63,899 nt of DNA, filler included, from Octopus bimaculoides (GCF_001194135.2; 5 parts of 4 records of this genome joined end to end with filler, not necessarily neighbours in it), one strand, 5' to 3'; positions 36,706 through 48,769 are shown, numbered from the whole stretch's first letter. Program-made: numbers and translations. Notes: generated by a model from the sequence alone, not told the origin.

Positions 36706-38073
36706 ATGAAAATATCGACTTTCTTTAGATGGATTGTGACAATTTATGGTTTATTTTTAATTGCTTTTGGTTATTATTGTCTAATTAAACAAAAATGGCA
36801 ATTAGAACAAAAGCATGCAAATGACAATCGGCTTATTTTTCGGAGGATAAATATTAACACATCAAAAAAGCGAACCAGTGATTTGGATAAAACAAGATAC
36901 AAAATCGACTGGCACGATTACCAAAAAATCTTATTGGATTCCTTTAGGGAAGGACCTGGAGAACAAGGTAGACCCGTGGTGCTCAGTGCCGCAGAAAGAA
37001 TAAAAGAAGAACAGTTGTTTGCAGTGAATGGATTTAATGGTGCGGTCAGTGATAAAATATCACTATATCGTTCTTTGAGAGACATTCGCCATCCGGATTG
37101 CAAGCATAAGAAATATCTGAAGAACTTACCAAAGGTGAGTGTTATAATTCCGTTTTATAATGAACACTGGACTACATTGCTTCGCACTATATATGGAGTT
37201 TTGTGGAGGTCACCTCCAGAACTGATACAAGAGATCATTCTGGTGGATGATTTCAGCACCAAAGATCATAATAAAGAACCCTTGAGCGATTACGTGAAAG
37301 AAAACTTCAAGAAGGTCAAATTAATTCGCAACTCTAAACGGGAGGGTTTGATACGGTCCCGACTTCAAGGGGCTGAAACAGCAAAAGCTGAAGTAATAGT
37401 GTTCCTCGACTCTCATGTGGAACCATCTGTGAATTGGCTTCCTCCTTTACTAGAACCAATTGTGTTCAATGAGAAAACTGTTGTATGTCCGTTTATTGAT
37501 GTTATTGATCACACCACGTTTTCACAGATTGCTCAGGATGAAGGAGCACGTGGAGCGTTTGACTGGAATCTTAACTACAAACGTTTACCACGTCTAAAGG
37601 GAGATCAAATAGATCCCACTGAAACGTTTGAGAGCCCTGTGATGGCCGGTGGGTTGTTTGCAATGAATAAAGCATGGTTTTGGACATTAGGTGGTTATGA
37701 CCCACATCTGGATATTCGTGGAGCTGAACAGTTTGAAATTTCGTTTAAGATTTGGTTATGTGGTGGTCAAATACTTGACGCGCCTTGCTCAAGAGTTGCT
37801 CATATATATCGCGAATTTATTCCTTATTCTTCAAGTGTAAAGGCGTATGGTGATTATCTGTCACGGAATCACAAGAGAGTAGTTGAAGTCTGGATGGATG
37901 AATATAAGCAATACGCTTATAAAATGAAACCGAGTTTTAAGCGTGTGGATGCAGGAAATATTTCACAACAACTGGCTCTTCGCAAAAAGCTTCGCTGCAA
38001 ATCATTCAGGTGGTTTCTTGAGGAAGTTGCTTTTGATGTTGTTCAATATTATCCGATCGATGAAGGAAAATAG
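36706..38073 (+). CDS. GALNT10: Polypeptide N-acetylgalactosaminyltransferase, GALNT10/17-pgant6-like; single-exon ORF, 455 aa, no C-terminal ricin-B lectin domain
   Basis: Uninterrupted ORF; first ATG at 36706 (the track's 36667 start is a GTG). Type II membrane anchor (WIVTIYGLFLIAFGYYCLI), stem, then GT-A catalytic motifs SVIIPFYNE, EIILVDDFS, REGLIRSRL, FLDSHVE (DxH), GARGAFDW, SPVMAGGLFA, ISFKIWLCGG, PCSRVAHIYR, EVWMDEYK, CKSFRWF. AATAAA at 38155-38160. Subfamily assignment is from motif recall. Confidence 0.92.
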   Translation: MKISTFFRWIVTIYGLFLIAFGYYCLIKQKWQLEQKHANDNRLIFRRININTSKKRTSDLDKTRYKIDWHDYQKILLDSFREGPGEQGRPVVLSAAERIKEEQLFAVNGFNGAVSDKISLYRSLRDIRHPDCKHKKYLKNLPKVSVIIPFYNEHWTTLLRTIYGVLWRSPPELIQEIILVDDFSTKDHNKEPLSDYVKENFKKVKLIRNSKREGLIRSRLQGAETAKAEVIVFLDSHVEPSVNWLPPLLEPIVFNEKTVVCPFIDVIDHTTFSQIAQDEGARGAFDWNLNYKRLPRLKGDQIDPTETFESPVMAGGLFAMNKAWFWTLGGYDPHLDIRGAEQFEISFKIWLCGGQILDAPCSRVAHIYREFIPYSSSVKAYGDYLSRNHKRVVEVWMDEYKQYAYKMKPSFKRVDAGNISQQLALRKKLRCKSFRWFLEEVAFDVVQYYPIDEGK

Positions 38074-38969
38074 AACGATACATAGACAGGAATTTGAATC
38101 ATGATAATTTTTTCATTGAGAGGAAGTTTTTGCAAAAAGAAAGAACAAAAATTAAATAAATATTAAACCGTTTCGTTCGACTGAGAAATACATTAATTAG
38201 AAACATGAAAAATATTAATGATGAAATAAAAGTTTGAAACTTAATTAGACATGATACCAATTAGGGTCAGAAGAGATGACTATATGTTTATCAGAATGGA
38301 AAAATGTATTCTTTAACATGAGACAATTCTCAGAGAGATTTCTATTCTTGTTTATGTTTCTTTTTTATTTTATTCTTTTGTTGCTTTTGTTTCGTTTGTG
38401 ATTGCGACATCAAGAAATCTGTTCCAAAAATTACGTAACAAAGAAGAATTGCCCAACCAATGTCTGGACAGTGAACCATTCGTTTATCGTACATTCTTCA
38501 ACTCTTTCACTCTTTAGAATTGTTCAGTCGTGTGTGACGGTTAGTAGCCGAATATCTCAATAGGAAATGCTAAATTCGTCATCTTCATCATCATCATCAT
38601 CATCATCATTATCATCATTATCATCATCATATTCGTCATCGTCGTCGTTGTCGTCACCACAACTCTTTTCACGACGACCACGACCACCACGACCACCACG
38701 ACCACCACCGCTACTTGAGTCAGCACCACTATTACTACAGCCATGACATCACAACCACAACCATAACCACCAACATAATTATAAAAACACGGTTACAGAA
38801 TAGAAAACAGAATACTGGAAGACAGTTGACTCTAACCTAAATAAATAAACAAATAAAATAAAAGCTCAATATAAAATAATTTACAGAATCAAGTTTAACA
38901 GCTACGTCACACCGCATATGATTATTATAACAAGTTGAGCTAAGACTCATACACGCCAATGAAATACAT

Positions 38970-39469
38970 TTACTCTTTTACTTGTTTCAGTCATTTGACT
39001 GCGGCCATGCTGGAGTACCGCCTTTAGTCAGGCAAATCGACCTCAGGACTTATTCTTTTTGGAAGCCTAGTACTCATTCTATCGGTCTCTTTTTGCCGAA
39101 CCGCTAAGTTACGGGGATGTAAACACACCACCATCGGTTATTAAGCGATGTTGGGGGGACAAACACAGACACACAAACATACACANNNNNNNNNNNNNNN
39201 NNNNNNNNNNNNNNNNNNNNNNNNNNNNNNNNNNNNNNNNNNNNNNNNNNNNNNNNNNNNNNNNNNNNNNNNNNNNNNNNNNNNNNNNNNNNNNNNNNNN
39301 NNNNNNNNNNNNNNNNNNNNNNNNNNNNNNNNNNNNNNNNNNNNNNNNNNNNNNNNNNNNNNNNNNNNNNNNNNNACATATTTGTTTTGCAAGATTTTTG
39401 ATGTGAAATCGTGTGTTGAAACAGATGTTGTTGTACTTGGCTAAACTGGCAATATGACCATCCCCAAGT

Positions 39470-39508
<39 letters not shown>

Positions 39509-39700
39509 TACGACGGGCTTCTTTCAGTTTCCGTCTACCAAATTCACTCACAAGGCTTTGGTCGGCCCGAGGCTATAGTAGAAGGCTATAGTAGAAGTCT
39601 ATAGTAGAAGACACTTGCCCAAGGTGCCACGCAGTGGGGATGAACCCGGAACCATGTGGTTGGTAAGCTACCTACCTACCACACAGCCACTCCTGCGTTT
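38970..39700 (-). mobile_element. SINE family B copy with gap in its internal microsatellite
   Basis: Tail 38970-39185, N gap, head 39500-39700. The head contains a 13-bp triplication (gctatagtagaag). Confidence 0.8.
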
Positions 39701-40591
39701 CCAAAATATACCACCAAGACGCACATAAAAGAAGGCAACATTAGTACATTCTACTAAGACCACAACTTGATTATTTCCTTGCGTCTTGCACAAGAAAACC
39801 AATTAAATTATCTAAGAATACGAAAGTCTCAGATAAACGTTACGTGATTATACAAAAACAATTACTTCAGGTCTAAAGGAGGTTTGCACTCACCAATAAA
39901 TTCTGAACTCTCGAAGCAAACCAGATTGTCGTTCAACTAGCTAGAAATTTCTTTCTAGGCATACTCTACAATCTTATGGAAAGGAAGGAGACATTGGACA
40001 GTGTCGTATTGAGTACATATAAAACGATTGAGTAGTCAAGGTTAGATAGAGCCCTTTTGGTCATAGATCCTACGTGATCAGGGATTAACTGGAGATAGTC
40101 AACAATTCACGTCAGTGTCAAACGACCCAGAATCTGGAAACTGGGAACAATTTTAAAACCAATCAACGCGGGATCACACAAGATAATCACCTTTCAATGC
40201 AAACCTTAAACAGTCCACGAGAAATTCGATTATGCTATCACCAAATTACATCTGAACATTAGCTGGACTAGTCCAGCTCCCATTAACTCTCTATATATAT
40301 ATTTATCATTACCAACACTACTACAACCAACAAAATTGCCCCCACGTGGACTATTGACACCAGTAAGGAACAATTATGAACTCTTCATTTAATTTCATTT
40401 TTTTAAATATGTATTTTTGATAAGGTTCGTTTTTAAAAGAACCGAAATATGTTAAAAATATCTCTGACAAAATTTTAAATTAGAATTCATTTTTAATATA
40501 TTGGCGTTTTCAAACTTCTTTTTTATAAATATATACCCACTCGTATGCCACCTACACTTTTTTTATCTATCTATATATATATATATAATAT

Positions 40592-40850
40592 AAAAGTGAA
40601 GAGAGTAAAGAAATTGAGCGTTCAAACTTTATGTTTATTTCCAGCTGGAATAAAAGTCCGGCACGTGTTTCGATCGCACCAATCGCATATTGTTGCATAT
40701 TCGTATCCAGCGATTTATAAATGCATATATCTCGGCATATGAATATGTAATAATATGCGACTGGTGCGATCGAAACACATGTCGGACGTTTATTCTAATT
40801 GATAATAAACATGAAGACTGAATTTTCAAATTCTTCATTCTCCTCATTTT
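40592..40850. repeat. Long inverted repeat (~115-bp arms, ~30-nt spacer)
   Basis: AATAAAAGTCCGGCACGTGTTTCGATCGCACCAATCGCATATT pairs with AATATGCGACTGGTGCGATCGAAACACATGTCGGACGTTTATT, with weaker outer extensions. Confidence 0.85.
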
Positions 40851-41187
40851 GATATTGTCTTTTTTAGACTCTAAGTAGCCAAGAAATAAATTGGTACATC
40901 GGATGAGAGCTGACGGTAGATTACCAAAAAAACGCACCATGGGAAGGTACACAAATATTGCTCTGAACTGAGTGGGAACGCTTAACACTCTTGTTCAAGA
41001 ATATAAGGACGCAGATAGTGTGTCGTATAGGCAGCTGTAGACGGTGTTATCTGGGGCTAAATAACAGTAGCAATCGTCCTAACCAGGACAGCCACATCAT
41101 GTTGGCAAATAATCTTTACTCGAGAGTACTGTTACTGAATGCCTCTCGTTCAGAGATTTAGAGATAATAATTTTATATATGTATGTG

Positions 41188-41270
<83 letters not shown>

Positions 41271-42736
41271 NNNNNNNNNNNNNNNNNNNNNNNNNNNNNN
41301 NNNNNNNNNNNNNNTTAATTAATTAANNNNNNNNNNNNNNNNNNNNNNNNNNNNNNNNNNNNNNNNNNNNATATATATATACATATATACGACGGGCTTC
41401 TTTCAGTTTCCGTCTACCAAATCCACTCCCAAGGCCTTGGTCGGCCCGAGGCTATAGTAGAAGACACTTGCCCAAGGTGCCACGCAGTGGAACTGACCCG
41501 AGATTTTTCAAACAATTTTTTTTTCAGAATCGGAATCTCCATAGCCTAAAACGTGGGACACATATATATATATATATATATGTAATTAAAAAAGTTCAAT
41601 CGGGAAACTATTCCATTAAATATCATGTTTAATTATGGAGATTATGTAAAAAATATATTTTACACTTCTATATTTAACTGTGCGTGTCTTGTGTATTCCT
41701 TATTTTTGCTTCTGTCGGGAATTAAAGCGAAGAAAAAATCGTATGCAACAGATAAGTCGTCTTAACATTTCTGTGTAGCAGACCTTTAGCTGTTATTTCT
41801 AGCATAGGCTAGAATCACTGGATTTAAGCAGACTTTCACTTCCATTTCCAGCACAATTCTATGTGGTAAAAATGAAACCCTCCTCACAGGTTTCACGATT
41901 TATCTCCCCCGCGCCGTTAAAAAATATAGATTTGCACACACGCAATTCACATATTACCACATATATGCACACACACAAACAGGAACGTGTATGTAGGTAT
42001 GTATGTATGTATAGATATATACACATACATATATACATACATATTTATACTATAGCCTCGGGCCGACCAAAGCCTTGCGAGTGGACTTGGCAGACGGAAA
42101 CTTAAAGAAGACCGTCGTATATATATATATAATAATAATAATATTAGGGACAAAATCCAAAATTACAGGTAAAAACTCAATTCAAATCAATTTTCCCTAA
42201 AACTATATATATATATATATATATATATNNNNNNNNNNNNNNNNNNNNNNNNNNNNNNNNNNNNNNNNNNNNNNNNNNNNNNNNNNNNNNNNNNNNNNNN
42301 NNNNNNNNNNNNNNNNNNNNNNNNNNNNNNNNNNNNNNNNNNNNNNNNNNNNNNNNNNNNNNNNNNNNNNNNNNNNNNNNNNNNNNNNNNNNNNNNNNNN
42401 NNNNNNNNNNNNNNNNNNNNNNNNNNNNNNNNNNNNNNNNNNNNNNNNNNNNNNNNNNNNNNNNNNNNNNNNNNNNNNNNNNNNNNNNNNNNNNNNNNNN
42501 NNNNNNNNNNNNNNNNNNNNNNNNNNNNNNNNNNNNNNNNNNNNNNNNNNNNNNNNNNNNNNNNNNNNNNNNNNNNNNNNNNNNNNNNNNNNNNNNNNNN
42601 NNNNNNNNNNNNNNNNNNNNNNNNNNNNNNNNNNNNNNNNNNNNNNNNNNNNNNNNNNNNNNNNNNNNNNNNNNNNNNNNNNNNNNNNNNNNNNNNNNNN
42701 NNNNNNNNNNNNNNNNNNNNNNNNNNNNNNNNNNTG

Positions 42737-42767
<31 letters not shown>

Positions 42768-42779
42768 TAGGGACATCAC

Positions 42780-43710
42780 TTTCCGTCTACCAAATCCACT
42801 CAGAAGGTTTTGGTCAGCTTCAGGCTATAGTTGAAGACACTTGCCCAAGGTGCCATGCAGAGGGACTGAACCTGGAAGCATGTGGATGGGAAACAAGCTT
42901 TTTACCACACAGCCATATGTGTGCCTAGATAAATTCTTTCAAATGTGTGGCTGTGTGGTAAGAAGTTTGCCTCCCAACCATATGGTTCCAGGTTCAATCC
43001 CACTGCATGGCACTTTGGGCAAGTTGTCTTCTATTATAGCCCTTAGCTGGCCAAAGCTTTATGACTGGATTTGGAAGACAGAAGCTGAACAAAGCCTGTC
43101 ATATATATATATATTCTTTTACTTTTATCAGCCATTTGACTGTAGCCATGCTGGAGCATCGCTTTGATGGGTTGTTTTTTAGTTGAACAAATCGAACACA
43201 GGGCTTATTTTTTTCAAACCTGGTACTTATTCTATCGGCCTCTTTTGCCAAACTGCTAAGTTACGAGTATGTAAACACACCAACACCAGTTGACAAGCAG
43301 TGGTGAGGGACAAACACAGACACACACACACATATATGATGGGCTTCTTTCAGTTTCCATCTACCAAATCCACTCACAAGAATTTGGTTGACACAAGGCT
43401 ATAGTAGAAAACACTTGCCCAAGTTTTCACGCAGTGGGACTGAACCCAAAATCATGTGGTTGAGAAGCAAGCTTCTTACCACACACACGCACATATATAC
43501 TCTTTACACTTTTACTTGTTTCAGTCATTTTACTGCAGCCATGCTGGAGCACTGCCTTTAGTCAAGCAAATCGACCCAGGACTTATTCTTTGTAAGCCTA
43601 GTACTTATTCTATCGGTTTCTTTTGCCGAACCGCTAAGTTACAGGGATGTAACCACACCAGCATCGGTTGTCAAGTGATGTTGGGGGGGGACAAACACAA
43701 ACATACATAN
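42780..43710. mobile_element. Cluster of four CpG-decayed SINE family B copies
   Basis: Copies at ~42780-42925 (-), 42945-43110 (+), 43115-43490 (-) and 43500-43710 (-, tail). Confidence 0.8.
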
Positions 43711-45068
43711 NNNNNNNNNNNNNNNNNNNNNNNNNNNNNNNNNNNNNNNNNNNNNNNNNNNNNNNNNNNNNNNNNNNNNNNNNNNNNNNNNNNNNNNNNN
43801 NNNNNNNNNNNNNNNNNNNNNNNNNNNNNNNNNNNNNNNNNNNNNNNNNNNNNNNNNNNNNNNNNNNNNNNNNNNNNNNNNNNNNNNNNNNNNNNNNNNN
43901 NNNNNNNNNNNNNNNNNNNNNNNNNNNNNNNNNNNNNNNNNNNNNNNNNNNNNNNNNNNNNNNNNNNNNNNNNNNNNNNNNNNNNNNNNNNNNNNNNNNN
44001 NNNNNNNNNNNNNNNNNNNNNNNNNNNNNNNNNNNNNNNNNNNNNNNNNNNNNNNNNNNNNNNNNNNNNNNNNNNNNNNNNNNNNNNNNNNNNNNNNNNN
44101 NNNNNNNNNNNNNNNNNNNNNNNNNNNNNNNNNNNNNNNNNNNNNNNNNNNNNNNNNNNNNNNNNNNNNNNNNNNNNNNNNNNNNNNNNNNNNNNNNNNN
44201 NNNNNNNNNNNNNNNNNNNNNNNNNNNNNNNNNNNNNNNNNNNNNNNNNNNNNNNNNNNNNNNNNNNNNNNNNNNNNNNNNNNNNNNNNNNNNNNNNNNN
44301 NNNNNNNNNNNNNNNNNNNNNNNNNNNNNNNNNNNNNNNNNNNNNNNNNNNNNNNNNNNNNNNNNNNNNNNNNNNNNNNNNNNNNNNNNNNNNNNNNNNN
44401 NNNNNNNNNNNNNNNNNNNNNNNNNNNNNTGATTTCATGTGATGGTTGTTAACAAATGTGATTGTTATGCAAGCAATGTTGTTTGTTTCTAGCTTTCTGC
44501 GTAAACATACCTGGCCAGGGGGAAATATTACCTTACTTGGACACAGCAAAGGTAACTGGTACACTTTTTATGAAACCCAAAAAGCTGGCAGGCAAAAATC
44601 AATCTTGGTTTAATTTGAACTCAGAACACAGAAGCTGGAGGAAATGCTGCTAAGCACTTTGTCCAATGAACAATTCTGGCACCTCGTCACCCAAATTTGT
44701 TTTTACTATAGGCACAAGACCTTAAACTGAAAGTTAAGGGGTCATTGGTACTGATTTCATCAACCATGAAAGGTAAAGTAGATCATGGCAGAATTTGAAG
44801 TGTAAGTGTAAAGCATTTTCTCTGGTCTGCTAACCATTCTGCTAGCTTACCTCCTTAACACCATGTAACAAAATTTATTTATTTTTTTTTTTGCATCTTT
44901 GAAACTGACTCAATAAGATCCCAACTTGTTTCTTGTATAAAAAAGAAAAAACCGCAAATACTGGGGACGATCTTTGACTAAAATCCTTCGAGGTCAACTA
45001 CACTTGAATGTTTTCGAAGCTGCCACTGTGCATAATTACCAAAGATCAAACTCACTTTCCACTACATA

Positions 45069-45875
45069 CTGTAAATCCTCGAGTATAATACGCAGGGGAT
45101 TTTTAGGGGGCTGTACCTCTGAAAAACCTAAACCTTGTGTATAATACACACCCATTCTCTAACTTGAGTCAAGGAGGTCTATATAACGTCCTTGGTTTGT
45201 AAACATATATACAGTAAAGTCTTTTATTATTATTGCATATATAACAATGCAAACATGTAGCTTATTTGTGCACTTTGTTTGCAGAAAATAAAGAAATAAC
45301 AGTAATAACGTCAGTGAACAATAAATATTAAGTGAATTGCCTTTCACATATTTATCACTATCAGTTACAAAAGCAAAAACATTTATTCAAATCCTTCCAA
45401 TTCAGCATCGAATAACTGTTCCATTTGTTCCTCCGTAAACGTGTCAGCATCATTGTAGTGTAAATCTGTCATTGTCAGATTCATAGTCAACATCAGAAGA
45501 TTCACTTTCATTTATTTCATCTTTCCATACAACGTCATCCTGAGTACCATCCAGTGCAGACGACATACAACATCACGGTAATGATGCAAACGGTCAATAC
45601 AAACAGCAGGATGAACTATTTATTTTAATAAATGTTGCTTACTGCAAGTTATGGATGATTCTTTTATGACTTCATTGCTTTCAGGCTTAGCTTAAGGTAT
45701 TTTCACACCCAACATCACAAAATGCGTCTGAATAAACATTGCCGGACAGCAAATAGAGACTCGGACATTGCTTAGGAAATATTTTTAATTTTTAACCTCG
45801 TATATAGTAAGCACTAGGGATTTGGACCTTTAAATTTTGGGGGGAAAAATGCGGATTATACTCGAGGATTTACAG
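45069..45875 (-). mobile_element. pogo/Tigger-like non-autonomous DNA transposon
   Basis: 26-bp TIRs CTGTAAATCCTCGAGTATAAT(A/C)CGCA with one mismatch and TA on both sides. The internal minus-strand acidic remnant DGTQDDVVWKDEINESESSDVDYESD resembles pogo C-termini. Confidence 0.8.
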
Positions 45876-47174
45876 TATTCTCCAGAATTACAAAATTCTC
45901 TTACCTGTTTCAGTCATTTGGTTGTAGCCATTCTGGAGCGCCGCCTATAAGAGTTTTTTAGTTGAAGAAATTGACCCTAGGATTTATTTTTTTTAAAGCC
46001 TTGTACTAAGTTACAGGGATGTAAATACACTAACACCAGTTATCAAGTAGTGATGGTGAGGGACAAACAGACACAAAGACATACACATTAGATATATACA
46101 TGTATATGTATATATACAATGGGCTTCTTTCAGTTTCCGTGTACCAAATCCACTCACAAGGCTTTGGTCGGCCTGAGGCCATAGCAGAAGTCACTTGCCC
46201 AAGGTGTCACACAGTGGGACAACCTGGAACCACATAGTCGGAAAGCAAGCTTCTTACCACATTGCCTATGCAACAAAATTTTAATCTTTTTTTTTTTGTC
46301 TTTGGTCAGTGTTATTTTCCTATCTGCTTCTATCTAGAAATCAAAGGAAATGATTATTATTCCCTTCAAACCTTGCTTTTCTCACCTGGACATCAATGTT
46401 TTGAAACTGACCTATTTTCCATTACATTTCACACAGATTCAGTGCCGAGTTGCTGAAGCAGAAATATCATTAATGATTCTGGCAGTTGTCCACCTTAATA
46501 ATGATAATAGTAATCCTTTCTACTAAAAGCAATAGGCCTGAAATTTGGGGGCAGGGGACTAGTCGATTACATTGACCCCAGTGTTTCACTGGTACTTAAT
46601 TTATCAACCCCAAGAAGAGAATTTTGCCCAATGTGCTAATGATTCTGTCTGCTAACCACTTTAATAATAATAATAATAATAAATGCCCCAGACAGTGGCT
46701 CTCATGGCTTCTGATCTTAAAGAATTGGAAGTGTTATCATGGACACTGTTTTGTCTTGGTATAAAATACAGCAAATATTCTGCTCAATACCACAGATCTG
46801 CTTGTCACTTGTTTGACATTAATCAGTTGAGTATGTCCCTAAGTAGCTGAGGATATGTGCATCTGTGATCATGAGCAGAAGTAGTGGGGGAGCATCATAG
46901 CCATGTGTTGAGAGGAATTCTTTGGGGTTTGAATAATTCACCTTTGGAAACATGGGTGTTTTGCTCAACATCCTTAAACGAACCTTATTCAGGGACCTTT
47001 TGAGCGGGATGGGCTACTCGACCTGGAGAAAATTGTAACTGGGCCCCACCTTCGAGGTCATGCGCTGTTTATTTTAATATAAGGCCACCATGTCATGGAC
47101 ATAGTTGTGACGGATGTGTTTCGTGTACCCTTATCAGACAGGTATTCATTGGGCTTAGTATATTTGTATCGTGT

Positions 47175-47566
47175 GGAGGAGCAATGGCCCAGTGGTTAGG
47201 GCAGCGGACTTGCGGTCATAGGATCACGGTTTCGATTCTCAGACCGGGCGTTGTGAGTGTTTATTGAGCGAAAACACCTAAAGCTCCACGAGGCTCCGGC
47301 AGGGGATGGTGGCGAACCCTGCTGTACTCTTTCACCACAACTTTCTCTCACTCTTTCTTCCTGTTTCTGTTGTGCCTGGAATTGAAAGGGTCAGCTTTGT
47401 CACACTCTGTGTCACGCTGAATATCCCCAAGAACTACGTTAAGGGTACACGTGTCTGTGGAGTGCTCAGCCACTTGCACGTTAATTTCACTATTAATTTC
47501 CACTGGCTGTTCCGTTGATCGGATCAACTGGAACCCTCGACATTTGAAGCGGCGGAGTACCAGCAG
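47175..47566 (+). mobile_element. tRNA-derived SINE family C, full-length
   Basis: Reverse-complement match to 14087-14468 throughout. Confidence 0.85.
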
Positions 47567-47829
47567 TTTGTATCATGGTGTCAATTTTTTGGCATGCATT
47601 GCTCTCTCACTCAATCATAATAACAATAATAAGACAAACAATATTTGTAGCAAAGTTTAATCAGCATAAATTTTGAAAATGAAGGCTGGGGGAAAGGATC
47701 AATTTTATATACGTTGACAATACGGAGGCAGGAGATGGGAGAGGTGGGGGAATACTGTGTTGGAGAAAGAAGAAGAAAAAAGAGGATATAACTCGATGTA
47801 GATCATCACACACACACTAGTATATACAA

Positions 47830-47881
47830 GTTTTGCTATATATACATATATACATATATATATATATATACATATACATAC

Positions 47882-47912
<31 letters not shown>

Positions 47913-47918
47913 CACATA

Positions 47919-47950
<32 letters not shown>

Positions 47951-48107
47951 CATATATACATATACATACATATATACATATATATATACACATACATATA
48001 TACATATATATATACATATACATACATATATATATATATACATATATACATATACATACATATATACATATACATACATATATACATATATACATATACA
48101 TACATAT
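47830..48107 (+). repeat. Compound (TA)n/(TACA)n microsatellite
   Basis: Direct inspection. Confidence 0.95.
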
Positions 48108-48207
48108 NNNNNNNNNNNNNNNNNNNNNNNNNNNNNNNNNNNNNNNNNNNNTTAATTAATTAANNNNNNNNNNNNNNNNNNNNNNNNNNNNNNNNNNNNN
48201 NNNNNNN

Positions 48208-48443
48208 CGGGTGGCACATAAAAGACACCATTTCGAGCGTGGCCGTTTTCGTGCGGGTGACACGTAAAAGCACCCACTACACTCTCTGAGTGGTTGGCGT
48301 TAGGAAGGGCATCCAGCTGTAGAAACTCTGCCAAATCAGACTGGAGCCTGGTGTTGCCATCCGGTTTCACCAGTCCTCAGTCAAATCGTCCAACCCATGC
48401 TAGCATGGAAAGCGGACGTTAAACGATGATGATGATGATGATG
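48208..48443 (+). mobile_element. 3' part of a SINE/RTE-tail retroposon ending in (GAT)n
   Basis: ggcgttaggaagggcatccagctgtagaaac...catgctagcatggaaagcggacgttaaac(gat)n is a typical RTE-partnered tail. Confidence 0.6.
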
Positions 48444-48457
48444 TTTATTTGTTACAG

Positions 48458-48587
48458 ATCTCTCATCTAAAAGATAATTTGAACCAGTCCCAGTTACAAG
48501 CCCTCACCAACAAAAGTAAACTGTTACAAGAGAAATTACTGAGAGAACAGGAAAATCTGAAAACTAAAGGACCAGACTACTGGAAGG
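48458..48587 (+). CDS. CC2D1A: CC2D1A/B (lethal giant discs)-like, third-from-last coding exon (ISHLKDNLNQSQLQALTNKSKLLQEKLLREQENLKTKGPDYWK)
   Basis: Acceptor ttgttacag|ATC and donor AAGG|gtaact. 130 nt, phase 0 to phase 1; the terminal G joins CC of the next exon to give Ala. The spliced peptide resembles the CC2D1 C-terminal helical tail from memory. Confidence 0.72.
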
Positions 48588-48693
48588 GTAACTCCTCACC
48601 TTCTTCTTAACGTATTGTCATTGTTGAATATTGTTTGTCATTGTTGTTGTTCTCATCATTCTCATTATTGTTATGTTTTGTTGTTTGTTTTGT

Positions 48694-48725
<32 letters not shown>

Positions 48726-48728
48726 ACA

Positions 48729-48769
<41 letters not shown>

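Noticed and set aside
38080-38540. Possible remnant of the GALNT lectin domain after the stop
   Set aside because: No CLD/QxW ricin motifs seen in any frame; AT-rich UTR-like sequence with AATAAA.
47705-48159. YIYI/HTHT/VCVC/LSIY-rich ORFs throughout the window
   Set aside because: Translations of (TA)n, (CA)n, (TACA)n and (GATA)n repeats.
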